Below are positions 18,238 to 25,965 of a DNA stretch of 30,305 nt, in pieces. Made by a program: the position numbers and the translations under genes. Position 1 is the stretch's first letter, and each line of letters begins with the position of its first letter. Source of the DNA: Oscillospiraceae bacterium (GTDB lineage Bacteria; Bacillota; Clostridia; Oscillospirales; Ruminococcaceae); the NCBI GenBank assembly GCA_017483405.1, contig JAFUWP010000033.1, positions 1 to 30,305 of the forward strand, given 5' to 3'. Below the pieces are notes generated by a model. That model was not told where the DNA came from. It ran no database searches and saw only the letters and a list, made by a program, of their open reading frames with translations.

Positions 18238-19582
18238 TATTCCCCGATTCTTCGGCAAATTATTCGATACAAGACCTTTTTCCATTGTGTTTTCCGTCAT
18301 GAGTGCCATTCTTATCTGGTTCGCTGTTTCGGTAACGGCCTATAAAACGACTCATGTCACGTTCTATAATATCCCCGTTTCCGAAGATATTTCCGGTACG
18401 CTCGCCGAAGCCAACGGCCTCAGTGCCGTTTCCTGCGATGTCGAAAAAGTCAATGTCGAAATCGAAGGCAACCGCTCTCAGATTGGCCGCCTGACACAGG
18501 AAGATTTAACTGCTTACCTCCAGCTCGGCAATATCAGCACCAACGGAGAATTTAATCTTGAAATCGCCGTCCGTTCCGATACCAATATTTCTTTCAATAC
18601 TAATAAAATTACTCCTGCTTATGCTACTGTCAAGCTCGATAAAATCGAAACCAGAACATTCGATGTTTCCGCATCGTTCCCGAATGTCAAAGTCAGCTCC
18701 GGACATGTCCTCAATAAAGAAGATGTTATCTGTGAACCTTCCGTTATTGAAATTACAGGCCCTTCCGCCCAGCTTGACGAAATCGCAAGAGTTGACGTTT
18801 TTTCCGATAAATCTGTAGAAATCGACAGTCTCTATTCCCTCTATGCGAGTGAGGTTAAACTCTATACCGAAGAAGGCGCGCTCATGGATACCGATAATCT
18901 CGAAATCCCCAGCACCAATTTTCAGATTAGCATTCCTGTCCTCACGCAGAAAGAACTTGCCCTTACTTATGACATCCGGAACGCGTTCAGCGGTTTCGAT
19001 TTGAACTGGCTCAGAGAACGTCTCCATCTTTCCGAAGAAAGCATCACGCTCGCATCGCAGACAAATACCGTTTTCGCCGACCGCGATAACTATAATGTCG
19101 GCTTTGTTACACTCGATGCCATTTCCCTCGAATTTTCCAAAGATTTCGAGATTGACCTGAAAGAAGATTTCATCAATCAAAGCGGTTTTCAGCAGGTGAG
19201 TCTGACGCTCGATAACGAAGGACTTGCCTCACGGGAAGTCTGGATTACCAGCGATAATATCTCGATTATCAACGCGCCGAAAGATTATGACTATCAAGTG
19301 ACTACTACCAAAATGCTGATTAACGTCATCGGCGATAAGGACGAGCTCGAAAATCTCAGTACGCAGGATATTATCGTCACCGTTGACCTGATGAACTACA
19401 ATGTTCAGCAGAGTATGACCGGCAGTCCGGATGCTACGATTTCCATCTCGCCTAAGAATGAGGATTCTTCTGATGATAACCTCGTCCGGATGTGGGCGGT
19501 CGGGAATTATCGCGTTGTGGTCGAGTTTACCGAACAGACTCCGGAAACTGTTCCGGAAACCAATTCCCCTGAAACAGAATAA
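18212..19582 (+). CDS. cdaR: CdaR/YbbR-like regulator of diadenylate cyclase
   Basis: Single N-terminal TM (ILIWFAV), repeated YbbR-like beta domains (V.ITGPS..L..I), overlaps the cdaA end. Confidence 0.82.
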   Translation: MSKNTKIHDIPRFFGKLFDTRPFSIVFSVMSAILIWFAVSVTAYKTTHVTFYNIPVSEDISGTLAEANGLSAVSCDVEKVNVEIEGNRSQIGRLTQEDLTAYLQLGNISTNGEFNLEIAVRSDTNISFNTNKITPAYATVKLDKIETRTFDVSASFPNVKVSSGHVLNKEDVICEPSVIEITGPSAQLDEIARVDVFSDKSVEIDSLYSLYASEVKLYTEEGALMDTDNLEIPSTNFQISIPVLTQKELALTYDIRNAFSGFDLNWLRERLHLSEESITLASQTNTVFADRDNYNVGFVTLDAISLEFSKDFEIDLKEDFINQSGFQQVSLTLDNEGLASREVWITSDNISIINAPKDYDYQVTTTKMLINVIGDKDELENLSTQDIIVTVDLMNYNVQQSMTGSPDATISISPKNEDSSDDNLVRMWAVGNYRVVVEFTEQTPETVPETNSPETE

Positions 19583-19589
19583 TCACCGA

Positions 19590-19621
19590 AAAGCCCCTGA
19601 ATTCTTCATTCAGGGGCTTTT
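19590..19621. terminator. Bidirectional terminator between cdaR and mazF
   Basis: AAAGCCCCTGAAT-tcttc-ATTCAGGGGCTTT. Confidence 0.85.
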
Positions 19622-19628
19622 GGCAGGA

Positions 19629-19976
19629 TTAATGCAGTCCGAAACTGATGGACAGCGCATTATCCACCCGATTCATCGCACTCGAATCCAGTGAACCCAT
19701 ACGGTCTTTCAGACGCTTTTTATCAAGTGTGCGAATCTGTTCCAGAAGGACAATGCTGTCTTTCTGCAATCCGCAGGAAGATGCTTCCAGTGAAATGTGT
19801 GTCGGCAGTTTGGCCTTATCCAGACGGCTCGTGATTGCCGCCGCTATTACCGTAGGGCTGTGACGGTTTCCGACATCATTCTGTACGATAAGTACCGGAC
19901 GGATACCGCCTTGCTCTGAACCGACAACCGGACTTAAATCTGCATAATAAATTTCTCCTCGTTTCACGGACATCAT
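19629..19976 (-). CDS. ndoA: MazF/PemK-family endoribonuclease (NdoA/EndoA-like)
   Basis: [60 protein letters not shown]. Confidence 0.95.
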   Translation of the reverse strand: MMSVKRGEIYYADLSPVVGSEQGGIRPVLIVQNDVGNRHSPTVIAAAITSRLDKAKLPTHISLEASSCGLQKDSIVLLEQIRTLDKKRLKDRMGSLDSSAMNRVDNALSISFGLH

Positions 19977-20125
19977 AAGCAAAAACAACTCCTTTGAAGT
20001 TCTGGCGTTCTGTGTGACTTCTTATTGATAGTATCGCATCTGGGACGCGTTTTATACAAAGCCGGCGAAATTTTTCTACAGTCCTGCTATTAATCTATGC
20101 TGATAATTCAGGAATGTGCAGGGAC

Positions 20126-20154
20126 TTGACAAATGATAAAAAATATGCTATAAT
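20126..20154 (+). promoter_or_regulatory. Consensus sigmaA promoter for tRNA-Gln
   Basis: TTGACA-17 nt-TATAAT with TGc extension. Confidence 0.88.
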
Positions 20155-20168
20155 AATTACTGTCATAC

Positions 20169-20244
20169 TGGGGCGTAGCCAAGCGGTAAGGCAACGGACT
20201 TTGACTCCGTCATCCCGTGGGTTCAAATCCCGCCGTCCCAACCA
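20169..20244 (+). tRNA. tRNA-Gln (anticodon TTG), CCA encoded
   Basis: Acceptor TGGGGCG/CGTCCCA, D arm GCC..GGC, anticodon arm ACGGA-CTTTGAC-TCCGT, T arm GTGGG-TTCAAAT-CCCGC, 3' ACCA. Confidence 0.97.
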
Positions 20245-20246
20245 GT

Positions 20247-20275
20247 GCAGAAGCCTTTCCGGCTTCTGCTTTTTT
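20247..20275 (+). terminator. tRNA terminator
   Basis: GCAGAAGCC-tttcc-GGCTTCTGC-TTTTTT. Confidence 0.88.
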
Positions 20276-20604
20276 CATGATTCCAGCTTCGCATGGCGCA
20301 GATATTCCAGATAAACATGCAGAAATTTATAAATTCTGGCTTTCGCACGGGTCAGCGTCCGCGAAACACTCGATGCATCCAGATTCAGAACTCTGGCTAT
20401 CTCTTTATTGCTCATACTGTGATAATATTTCAGCAGAATGATTTCTCTCTGTCGGGATGTCAAGTCATTCTGGATAATCTGCTGTAATGCCTGTTTTGAG
20501 ATTTCAAGCTGTATCCGGTTGGTATGCGGAATTTCCAGTAAATCCTGTATCAGAGACGGGTCAGATTCCGCGATATGCTCCGGTATGCGCTGGGCAAGTT
20601 TCAT
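20275..20604 (-). CDS. Sigma70 region-4-only HTH protein (109 aa)
   Basis: LTSRQREIILLKYYHSMSNKEIARVLNLDASSVSRTLTRAKARI is a sigma region 4 pattern; no region 2; RBS AAGGAGG. Confidence 0.85.
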   Translation of the reverse strand: MKLAQRIPEHIAESDPSLIQDLLEIPHTNRIQLEISKQALQQIIQNDLTSRQREIILLKYYHSMSNKEIARVLNLDASSVSRTLTRAKARIYKFLHVYLEYLRHAKLES

Positions 20605-20815
20605 CAGGCAGTTCCTCCTTTCTGAGATGTTTTTTCATTTCGTTGATATGCACGAGCAGTTCGAGACGTTCTGTCATCAGCAAATCGCGCCGAGCTGTCA
20701 GGGCTTCGCGTTCCATAGTGAGCATGTTCTCGTCTTTCAGCAGACAGTTCAGCCGGTTGATTCTTTGCTGAAGCTGATACCTTGTCTGTTCATAGTCATA
20801 AATCAAGTCGAGCAT
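20561..20815 (-). CDS. Small coiled-coil hypothetical protein (84 aa)
   Basis: RBS AAAGGAGG; heptad-like helix (YQLQQRINRLNCLL..LTARRDLLMTERLELL); overlaps the next gene. Confidence 0.75.
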   Translation of the reverse strand: MLDLIYDYEQTRYQLQQRINRLNCLLKDENMLTMEREALTARRDLLMTERLELLVHINEMKKHLRKEELPDETCPAHTGAYRGI

Positions 20816-20844
20816 AAAAACCTCCTTTGTGAGTCGTACATAAA

Positions 20845-20858
20845 AGAACGTATGTTCT
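20845..20858. promoter_or_regulatory. LexA/DinR (SOS) box
   Basis: AGAAC-GTAT-GTTCT matches the Firmicute GAAC-N4-GTTC, about +10 to +23 of the minus-strand promoter. Confidence 0.75.
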
Positions 20859-20874
20859 TCTTTTTATGTTTTTT

Positions 20875-20903
20875 ATTCTACAGGATTTTTTTTGATTTGT
20901 CAA
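20875..20903 (-). promoter_or_regulatory. sigmaA promoter for the coiled-coil/sigma-r4 operon
   Basis: Minus strand TTGACA-17 nt-TAGAAT. Confidence 0.8.
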
Positions 20904-20920
20904 TAGGAGTTTCTAAATTT

Positions 20921-22231
20921 ATGATAGAATTTTTAACCCATTTTTTGGACAATTATACCAAAAATCAGACATTCCGCGCCCACATGCCAGGCCATAAGGG
21001 GAAAAGTCTCCTTCCGGAGCTGAATCCGGCTTATGCCCGTGATATTACTGAAATCAAAGGCGCGGACAGTCTCTTTGAGGCTGATGGCATCCTCCGGCAG
21101 GCGGAACGGCAGACTGCTGAAATCTATCACGTTCCGGAATCCTGCTGGAGTGCCGGAGGTTCGACTCTTTGCATTCAAGCCATGCTCGCCCAGATGAAGG
21201 CTGAACGGAGAACAGTTATTTCTGCAAGAACTGTTCACCGAGCTTTTCTCAACAGCTGTATTCTGCTCGATTTGCCCGTGAAATGGGTCTTTCCCGAAAA
21301 CGGAAACCTCATTTCCGGAAACTATCGGGTTCAGGACTTTGAAAAAGCGTTGCAGGAAGTTTCCGCTCCGGCCTGTATCTATCTCACTTCGCCCGATTAT
21401 GCCGGAAATCTTCAGCCGATTGCCGAAATTGCGGAACTCTGCCGGAACTATCACGCGAAACTGCTTGTCGATAACGCACACGGCGCACATCTCGCATTTC
21501 TGGAAAAAAATCTGCATCCGATAGCACTCGGCGCGGATTACTGCTGTGATTCTGCTCATAAGACTCTGCCAGCCCTCACCGGAGGGGCATTTCTGCATCT
21601 CAAAGATGCCTCTCAGGTCATGCAGATAAAACAGCACATGCAGATGTTCGGCTCGACAAGCCCTTCTTATCTGATTATGCAGTCTCTCGAATCCTGTACG
21701 GCATGGCTTGCCGATTCCGGAAAAGAAAAGATTCAGTTATGTGTCCGCCGTGCCGAACGCCTGAAACAGAAATTATCTTCTGCATATCGGTTTATCGGCA
21801 GTGACCCCCTGCATCTGACCATCTCGGCAAATGGTGAACTTCTTGCCGAACAGCTCCGGAACTGCCCTTATCCTGTCGAATGTGAATATGCTGATAAAAC
21901 CTGCCTTGTATTATTATTATCTCCTGTGATGACAGAACAGGATTTTGATTATCTTGCATCGGCACTCGAATCCGTTCAGCCTGTTCTGCCGGAATGTCCT
22001 CCGCCACTCCCCGAACCGATGAAACAAATCTGCTCCCTTCGGGATGCCGGCCTTGCCCCTTTTGAAATTATCCCTCTTGAACAGGCTGAAAACAGAATCT
22101 GCGCATCTGTACAAGTACCCTGTCCGCCGGCTGTTCCCATCGCGGTCAGCGGAGAAAGATTCAGCCGCCAATGGCTGGATTTTATGGCTTTTTATGGACT
22201 TAAACAGGCCGCTGTCGTCAGAAATTCGTGA
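20921..22231 (+). CDS. Orn/Lys/Arg decarboxylase family PLP enzyme (YaaO-like)
   Basis: RAHMPGHKG, RDITEI.GADSL, LLVDNAHGAH, DSAHKTLPALT (PLP Lys), FGSTSPSYLIM.SL, PCPPAVP. ATG 20921 after TAGGAG. Confidence 0.88.
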   Translation: MIEFLTHFLDNYTKNQTFRAHMPGHKGKSLLPELNPAYARDITEIKGADSLFEADGILRQAERQTAEIYHVPESCWSAGGSTLCIQAMLAQMKAERRTVISARTVHRAFLNSCILLDLPVKWVFPENGNLISGNYRVQDFEKALQEVSAPACIYLTSPDYAGNLQPIAEIAELCRNYHAKLLVDNAHGAHLAFLEKNLHPIALGADYCCDSAHKTLPALTGGAFLHLKDASQVMQIKQHMQMFGSTSPSYLIMQSLESCTAWLADSGKEKIQLCVRRAERLKQKLSSAYRFIGSDPLHLTISANGELLAEQLRNCPYPVECEYADKTCLVLLLSPVMTEQDFDYLASALESVQPVLPECPPPLPEPMKQICSLRDAGLAPFEIIPLEQAENRICASVQVPCPPAVPIAVSGERFSRQWLDFMAFYGLKQAAVVRNS

Positions 22232-22283
22232 AATGTATAATATCTGGACAAAAAAGAATTATAAAATTTGTAGATATTTGCAA

Positions 22284-22312
22284 TAGACTTTTTGTCAGAA
22301 ATGTGCTATAAT
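22284..22312 (+). promoter_or_regulatory. sigmaA promoter
   Basis: TAGACT-17 nt-TATAAT with TGc extension. Confidence 0.7.
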
Positions 22313-22399
22313 GACAATGAGGTTTTGTGCGGGTCTCCGCCCGATTCCTCGGGCAAGACTCTGAAATTATATATTATCATAAAAGGAGAATTTTTTATC

Positions 22400-23278
22400 A
22401 TGAGACTGAAAAATATGCTCGCTGTTGCAGCTGCTTTCGCGTTCTGCACTGTATCTTTCGCTTCTCTGGCCGCTAACGCAGGCGAAGAAAAAACTATCGA
22501 CTGCTCCAATGCCAGCGACCTCGGTTTAGGCGATGAGGGTAACGCTGTCCGCAGAAATATCTATAATACATGGGGCAACAATGTGACTGATATTGATGCC
22601 AATACAGCCGTTTCTGAATATATTTCCATCGAATTCACCATCAGCGGCATCGGTTCTGATTCCGCCAGAAAAGATGCTGATTCCACTACAAAATATGATG
22701 GCGATGGTACAAACTATGTTGCTTTTGTAGGCGGTTCTGTAGCTGGTACAGCTCGTCACTCCATCACCGGCGGTGACCCGACTGATGAATATATTACCAT
22801 CAGTGGTGACGGTACTTATACTGCAACATGGACACTCGGCGACCTCAGCTCCGAAAATATCAGCTGCCTGTATCTCCAGACAAATATCGACTTTACAGAT
22901 TATGTTGCTGAAGCTGACAAGGAAACTGCTGAAAAAAATAAAGATGTTGCCGCATCCGGCATCACCCTGACTATCAATTCCATCAAGACAGTAGAGCCTG
23001 ATGCTGCCGAAGAAACCAGCGAAAGCGAAACCAATGCCGAAACAGAAGGTTCTTCTGAAACAGATGCCGCTACAGAAAGCACAACAAAGGCTACTACTAC
23101 CACAACAGCAAAATCCAGCACAACAACTACTACTGCGAAATCCGCATCTACAACTGCGGCTACTACTTCCAGCACTGTTACAAATACTCCTACAGGCGAT
23201 ACTTCCGGTATTGCAGTGGTAGCATCTGTTCTGACAGCTGCCGGTGCTGCTGCTGTTGTTTCCAGAAAGAAAAAGTAA
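22400..23278 (+). CDS. Secreted, probably sortase-anchored (NPXTG-like) surface protein with beta-rich domain and Ser/Thr-rich stalk
   Basis: Signal peptide MRLKNMLAVAAAFAFCTVSFASLAANA; TTTTTAKS repeats; NTPTG, hydrophobic helix, RKKK tail; RBS AAAGGAG. Confidence 0.8.
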   Translation: MRLKNMLAVAAAFAFCTVSFASLAANAGEEKTIDCSNASDLGLGDEGNAVRRNIYNTWGNNVTDIDANTAVSEYISIEFTISGIGSDSARKDADSTTKYDGDGTNYVAFVGGSVAGTARHSITGGDPTDEYITISGDGTYTATWTLGDLSSENISCLYLQTNIDFTDYVAEADKETAEKNKDVAASGITLTINSIKTVEPDAAEETSESETNAETEGSSETDAATESTTKATTTTTAKSSTTTTTAKSASTTAATTSSTVTNTPTGDTSGIAVVASVLTAAGAAAVVSRKKK

Positions 23279-23313
23279 TTTTTCTGATGATTAATATCTC
23301 AAATGGTTCAAGC

Positions 23314-23344
23314 AAAATGCCCTCTGTTCCGGAGGGCATTTTTT
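23314..23344 (+). terminator. Intrinsic terminator
   Basis: AAAATGCCCTC..GAGGGCATTTT plus a T run. Confidence 0.8.
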
Positions 23345-23364
23345 CTAAGTGAGGCGATTTTATC

Positions 23365-24243
23365 TTGAAAAAATATTATCTGTTCCTGCTCCTGACGGCT
23401 TTTCTCCTGACGGGGTGCAGTCAGAATACAGATTCTTCCCAGCAAACAGCGGAAACTTCTGCTCCCCAAGAAATCACAGAATCCGAAACGGAATCCCTTC
23501 CGCCGCCGACTAACGCGCCCTTTCCGGAGGCTGACCCTAATGCCGTTACGTTCGATGACGGGAATTTCAGTTTCGTTTCTGTTGTCAAAGATGATGATAC
23601 TGCCGTGGATGGCTCTCTTTCTGTCGAAACTATTGACGGAAATGCAATGCTCAAATTCACGGATAATTCTACCAATGCCGAAAATCTTGATAAAGCCGTG
23701 CAGAAAATCAGAATTTCTGTCGGTCAGCTCCTTCGGCCTGACCAGCTTGAAAGCGTTTATCGGATTACTTTTGATTTGTATGCCGAAGCCAAAGATGCGC
23801 TTTTTCTCAGCGATGACGGCGAATATCGCAAAGTAGCCGGCTGGATTGGCGGAGGCGGAGGGACTATCTGCGCCGATGGCAACTGGTATAGTTTCGCCGA
23901 TTTTTCTGCATCCGGCATTAATGAATTCGATTTGGAGCGTTCCGATGCGTGTCATGTCGAATTCAAGTTTCTGCTTGCCGAGTCCGGCAAAAAATGGGAC
24001 AGCTCGGTCGAAGATGTCAATTTTTCTGTCATGAGATGGGGAATGCAGAATCTTTCTGATTTCTATCTGGATAATATTACATTCTACGACCAAGAAGGCA
24101 ACCCCATTCCGCTGAATCCTTCCGAACCCGAAACTTCTGCCGTTCAGGAATCAGAACTTTCTGAAACAGAATCATCAGAAGAAGAAACTGTTCCGAAATC
24201 TGAAACGGCACTTCCCGAAACCGAAACAGAGGCCGTATCATGA
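23365..24243 (+). CDS. Putative lipoprotein with beta-sandwich-like central domain and acidic termini
   Basis: TTG start after GAGG; MKKYYLFLLLTAFLLTG-C lipobox. Confidence 0.75.
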   Translation: MKKYYLFLLLTAFLLTGCSQNTDSSQQTAETSAPQEITESETESLPPPTNAPFPEADPNAVTFDDGNFSFVSVVKDDDTAVDGSLSVETIDGNAMLKFTDNSTNAENLDKAVQKIRISVGQLLRPDQLESVYRITFDLYAEAKDALFLSDDGEYRKVAGWIGGGGGTICADGNWYSFADFSASGINEFDLERSDACHVEFKFLLAESGKKWDSSVEDVNFSVMRWGMQNLSDFYLDNITFYDQEGNPIPLNPSEPETSAVQESELSETESSEEETVPKSETALPETETEAVS

Positions 24244-24869
24244 AAAAAATATTCCCTCTGCTCGTGATGTGCGCTGTTCTGCTCAACGGATGCGGTTTCG
24301 CCGGCGAAAACTACCGGAATTATGTCACGGCTATCCTTGACTGTACCTATCACGGCGAATCTTCCGCTTATCGTGAACTCACAAACGCTTCTGAACTGAG
24401 TGCCGATGCTATCTATCAGAACGAATTTCAGGAGCTGAATCAGCTTATTTATGATACTTACGGCATCCGGCCGGATTTGATTTCCGAGGAAACACGCGAG
24501 GATTATCAGAAACTTACCAGAAACATCCTCATGAAAACAAAATACAATGTTCGGGATGTCATGCACGAAAATCAGGCATATACTGTCGTTCTGGTGCTGT
24601 CGCCGGTCGATTTCTGGAAAACTTCTCAGGAAAAAATCAGAATATATTACTATTCTGAATTTTTCCGCAAATTCCGAACCGCCCCCACGCAGGCCGATGC
24701 CGATAAGCTCGAACAGGAATATGCATCCAGAGTTCTCCAAATCCTTACCGATTCTGCCGAACATATAGAGTATCTCGAACCCGTTGTCTATACCTGCACG
24801 ATTCAGAATAATACTGTCTCTGCCGATGACTGGCAGGCAATCGACAGAATTCTTCTCAGTCTTGATTAA
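24240..24869 (+). CDS. Putative lipoprotein
   Basis: MKKIFPLLVMCAVLLNG-C lipobox; ATGA overlap with the upstream gene. Confidence 0.75.
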   Translation: MKKIFPLLVMCAVLLNGCGFAGENYRNYVTAILDCTYHGESSAYRELTNASELSADAIYQNEFQELNQLIYDTYGIRPDLISEETREDYQKLTRNILMKTKYNVRDVMHENQAYTVVLVLSPVDFWKTSQEKIRIYYYSEFFRKFRTAPTQADADKLEQEYASRVLQILTDSAEHIEYLEPVVYTCTIQNNTVSADDWQAIDRILLSLD

Positions 24870-24876
24870 TCTCATC

Positions 24877-24910
24877 AGAAAGCCGGAAAGTGTATGCTTT
24901 CCGGCTTTCT
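24877..24910. terminator. Hairpin terminator after the lipoprotein pair
   Basis: AGAAAGCCGGAAAG-tgtatg-CTTTCCGGCTTTCT (14-bp perfect stem). Confidence 0.7.
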
Positions 24911-24914
24911 GCGC

Positions 24915-24944
24915 AAAAAAAAGCAGACCGTCTTTCAGGTCTGC
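24915..24944 (-). terminator. Intrinsic terminator (candidate sRNA and ricT operon)
   Basis: Minus strand GCAGACC-tgaaagac-GGTCTGC-TTTTTTTT. Confidence 0.85.
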
Positions 24945-24976
24945 CCAAAAAATAATAAGGATGTAGGATTTATGAT
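24915..24976 (-). ncRNA. Candidate ~62-nt small RNA
   Basis: Own sigmaA promoter, predicted +1 A at 24976, no AUG, and an intrinsic terminator. Confidence 0.6.
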
Positions 24977-24982
24977 AGTTAT

Positions 24983-25011
24983 ATTATAGCATATATTACT
25001 GATTTTGTCAA
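24983..25011 (-). promoter_or_regulatory. Consensus sigmaA promoter with no downstream CDS
   Basis: Minus strand TTGACA(25011-06)-17 nt-TATAAT(24988-83) with TGc extension. Confidence 0.85.
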
Positions 25012-25083
25012 GTTTTTTATCATCTTTTTGTATGCTTGACCAAATTCATAAGCCGATATTCTACATAATCCACAAAAGCAAAA

Positions 25084-25944
25084 TCAGCCTTCGAGCTTTT
25101 TCAGTTCTTTTTCTTCTTTGGAAACCTTTGGTTTTCCGGCTTTTAAGATTTCCACTTCGGAACGGTCTACCGTATACGGCACATCATCAGGGTTTTCCGG
25201 CCGGATGCGCAGTTTTCCGGTTATCAGATTGGCATCCTCGACACGACCCTTTCCGTGTGATGTCTTGACAAACGAACCGATGCGCGGTGTAATCTTCTGT
25301 AAATCTTCATAGGCCTCCTGTTCGTGCTTGAGACAGCACATCAGACGGCCGCATGTGCCGGAAATCTTTGTCGGATTCAGAGACAAGCCCTGTTCCTTCG
25401 CCATCTTGATAGATACCGGCTGAAAATCTCCCAGATACCCCCGACAACAGAATTCCCGTCCGCAGACTCCCAGTCCGCCGAACATTTTTGCTTCATCGCG
25501 GACTCCTATCTGACGGAGTTCAATCCGCATCCGGAATACAGAGGCTAAATCTTTTACCAGTTCACGGAAATCCACACGGTTATCAGATGTAAAATAAAAT
25601 AATAATTTACTGTTATCGAATGCACAGCTGACATCGACAAGCTTCATCTTGAGCTTGTGGGATGCGATTTTCTGTTCGCAGACCGTGAAAGCCTTTTTTT
25701 CTTTCTGCTTATTCTGCTCCAGAGTCCGGAAATCTTCCTGATTCATTATCCGGAGCACGTTCCGCAGGGGAGCGGTAACGGCTTCATCCTGCACATTCCG
25801 GTTCGGAATCGAAACAATCCCGCATTCCGTGCCTTTTGCCGTTTCGACTACGACTTTATCTCCCATCTGAAGACGGAGGCCGGCCGGTGAAAAATAATAG
25901 ACTTTTCCGGAGTTCTGAAAACGAATTCCTACAATTTCAGTCAT
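25084..25944 (-). CDS. ricT: PSP1-domain protein RicT/YaaT
   Basis: EIVGIRF...GKVYYF, FYFTSDNRVDFRELVKDLA, RIELRQIGVRDEAK..GG.G.CGR..CC, ISG.CGRLMCCLK.E. Confidence 0.95.
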   Translation of the reverse strand: MTEIVGIRFQNSGKVYYFSPAGLRLQMGDKVVVETAKGTECGIVSIPNRNVQDEAVTAPLRNVLRIMNQEDFRTLEQNKQKEKKAFTVCEQKIASHKLKMKLVDVSCAFDNSKLLFYFTSDNRVDFRELVKDLASVFRMRIELRQIGVRDEAKMFGGLGVCGREFCCRGYLGDFQPVSIKMAKEQGLSLNPTKISGTCGRLMCCLKHEQEAYEDLQKITPRIGSFVKTSHGKGRVEDANLITGKLRIRPENPDDVPYTVDRSEVEILKAGKPKVSKEEKELKKLEG

Positions 25945-25965
25945 AAATACATAATCCTTTCTCAA

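Noticed and set aside
19997-20008. LexA-like GAAC-gcca-GAAC (minus strand) upstream of ndoA
   Set aside because: It is a direct repeat with two mismatches to the palindromic consensus.
20169-20275. tRNA-Gln as attachment site of an island (flanked by a toxin and a sigma-like gene)
   Set aside because: No integrase, and I saw no duplicate of the tRNA 3' end in the window.
20275-20604. YlxM (SRP-associated) identity for the sigma-r4 protein
   Set aside because: It shares only the fold pattern, lacks the YlxM N-terminus as I recall it, and is not next to ffh/ftsY.
20438-20920. N-terminal extension of the decarboxylase ORF in the track (597 aa)
   Set aside because: It is antisense to two genes with strong RBSs; homology and an RBS begin at ATG 20921.
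22980-23180. Thr/Ser codon repeats as a CRISPR or VNTR
   Set aside because: They are degenerate in-frame coding repeats of a protein linker, with no repeat-spacer pattern or cas genes.
24957-24989. Plus-strand AGGA followed by mini-ORF MIVIL antisense to the candidate sRNA (type I TA idea)
   Set aside because: Only 5 codons, no plus-strand promoter after the terminators, and too short for a type I toxin.
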